Source: Felis catus
Taxonomy: Eukaryota
Reading direction: 5' to 3'
Assembly: GCF_018350175.1 (NCBI RefSeq)
Contig: NC_058369.1
Location: 26,414,001 to 26,478,000 of the forward strand
DNA length: 64,000 nucleotides
Position numbers and translations under genes: made by a program. Numbering within the stretch: position 1 is the first letter of the stretch; each line of letters opens with the position of its first letter. Shown in pieces: positions 62,011 through 64,000 of the stretch. Under the pieces are notes generated by a model, which was not told the DNA's origin, made no database searches, and worked only from the letters and a program-made list of their open reading frames with translations.

Positions 62011-63859
62011 GTGAGTGAGCGACAGGGAGAGTGTTTGGTGTGAGGGTGGACGGGTGGGTTCAAGTCAGGGAAAGATCGCATCTCATTCGATTTTTAAAAA
62101 GGTCATTCTCTCTGGTGTCGGGGCGGGGGGGAAACTGTCAGCAGGTTTTGGGAAATTTTTGTACGACTTTGGTTTCTTTCACTTCCAACAGGCACTCTCT
62201 GCCTTTCCCTCCTGTTAAATTCCAGAGGAAAAACATCTTATTGGCTAGGCTGAGAATCTTCACCCCATAGGTCATCAGCCAGCCAATGGGCTGGCTCCCC
62301 CCCCCCCCCCCCAGGCCCTACTGCAACAGCAGGGCTCTTTTAGGTTGAGTCTTGCTTAGAAGAGGGGGCCCTGCATATTATTATAGCCAGTCTTGCACCC
62401 AGGTCCAACCAGTGACCAGCTCCAGGCTTTTTTTTTTTTTTTTTTTTTTTTTTAGTGAAAATCAGCATTTCATTTTTTTAGTGAAATCAGCATTTAGCTG
62501 TGGGGGATGGTGTCTTCCTGAGGCTAGAGTAGTGCGGTGGTTCAGGCAGGGGATCCTGAAGGATGTGGCTGGTTCTTCAGACGGGAATGCAGGCTGGGAA
62601 AACAGCTGCCTTTTCCCGTTAGTGTGCCCAGCTCCAATCTGTGGACACACGTGTGGGGGCCCTCCAGGGCTTAGAGAGCTGCTGAGATAGCCTGCCTGCC
62701 TTTTAGTTTAATTAAAAGAGGTCCCCCGTGTAGAAGAGCCTCACATAGGTGCTGGAACAACAGAGGCTGCTTAACAAAGCCCAGATGCTAGGCCAAGAAA
62801 ATACTGGCCGCCCTGGGGGTCAGTTGGGCCTCCGGAGCAGAGGTGGGGGTCCAATCCCACGGCTGCTCTGGCCAGGTCTCTCAGGTAGCTGGGATCCTGA
62901 GAGATCAGAGACTTTCAGGGAAGTGGCCATGATGGGGCAGAGTGTTAGGTGGTCTCTGAAAAGACAGAGATGAATACCCAAAGGAAGAGGAACAGGCTAA
63001 TGGAGAAGAAAGTTAAATGGCTAGTGAATATCTTTCAGTGGTTGTCAAAGAAATGCAGAATGAAGCTTAGGTGTATGGACACTGAAGCCTTGTGGACCTG
63101 GATTTGGATGTTGGCTCTACCTCTTCTTAGCCTTGGACGAGTTTACCTCTCCTCTGCAGCAGGAGTCCACAAACTAAGCGTTTGGACCAAATTCAAACGC
63201 TGGAACACAGCCATGCCCACTCGATACTTACTGTCTATGTGGCTGCTTTCTGCTACAAGAGCAGAGTCCAGAAGGTGCAACAGCTGCTCTTGTTTAGCAC
63301 CCTTCTTCATGACGTTGTTGCAAAATAAATGAGGGGATACATGCATGGTGCTTGGCGAGTGCCTAGCACAGAGTTGAGGACTCAGTAAGTGCTGCTTATC
63401 TGGGCAGCGAAATACAGCAAGGCAGGTTGTGCACTGTGCGACTCTAGGGCCTCACTCCTGTAAATTAAACTAGGAATGGAGCCCCCAGAATTGCACAGGG
63501 TGGCCATCCCATTAGTTGTTATCAACGATTACTACTAATAAATCCCAGTCCAAGTCTTGGATGGAGCTTTCTCATCCTCTTTAAAAACTGCACTGATTCA
63601 ATCAGTGGCTCTTAACCCTGGCTGCATATGGGCATCACTAGAGGAACTTATATATATAGTGATGAAATTTATATCTATATCTATATCTATATAGGTATAT
63701 ATAGATATAAACTTCATCACATCTTTATATATATATAAAATAAATACATATATAAAATAAACTTTATATACAAAATAAATAAACTTAAATATATATATTT
63801 ATTTTTTTATTTATTATAATATATATAATATAAAAATATATTATATTTTTGTATTTATT

Positions 63860-64000
63860 ATAAGTTTATTTATTTTGAAACAGAGAGAAGGGGGAGAGAG
63901 AATTCCAAGCAGGCTCCACGCTGTCAGCGCAGAGCCTGATGCAGGGCTCATCTCACAAACCGTGAGATCATGATCTGAGCCAAAAATCAAGAGTTGGACG
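63860..64000 (-). mobile_element. CAN-SINE (truncated by window end), preceded by an AT-rich low-complexity tract 63648-63860
   Basis: Reverse SINE body at the window edge. Confidence 0.85.

Noticed and set aside
62450..62494. Short duplication tttagtgaaa(a)tcagcattt after a T-run
   Set aside because: Slippage next to a homopolymer; no enclosed element or functional signal.
1..64000. CRISPR array, operon, phage or defence-type novel system
   Set aside because: The sequence is intron-rich mammalian DNA; there are no regularly spaced repeats with unique spacers and no unexplained long ORFs.

Overview
Mammalian genomic DNA, not prokaryotic. Dense carnivore tRNA-derived CAN-SINEs of the felid (SINEC_Fc) type point to a cat-family genome. 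The window holds the syntenic block KCTD6 (+ strand; CpG-island first exon, 237 aa CDS in two coding exons), ACOX2 (- strand; 14 coding exons that I spliced by hand into an intact 2046 nt / 681 aa ORF ending in PTS1 -AKL, with one GC-AG intron) and the three coding exons plus 3' UTR of FAM107A/DRR1 (- strand; 144 aa). The rest is introns and intergenic DNA with SINEs, L1/L2/MIR remnants, solo LTRs and microsatellites. I found no evidence of a wholly new biological system. The most notable sequence-supported oddities are: a probable L1-mediated 3' transduction with a 17-bp TSD (48472-49068); a 17-bp duplication of the KCTD6 exon-3 splice acceptor; a ~125-bp diverged local duplication between ACOX2 and FAM107A; a SINE nested in a SINE; an intact solo LTR antisense in ACOX2 intron 12; and an AT-rich near-perfect palindrome. 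Repeat family names come from recognition, not from a database search, and repeat boundaries are approximate unless a TSD is given.
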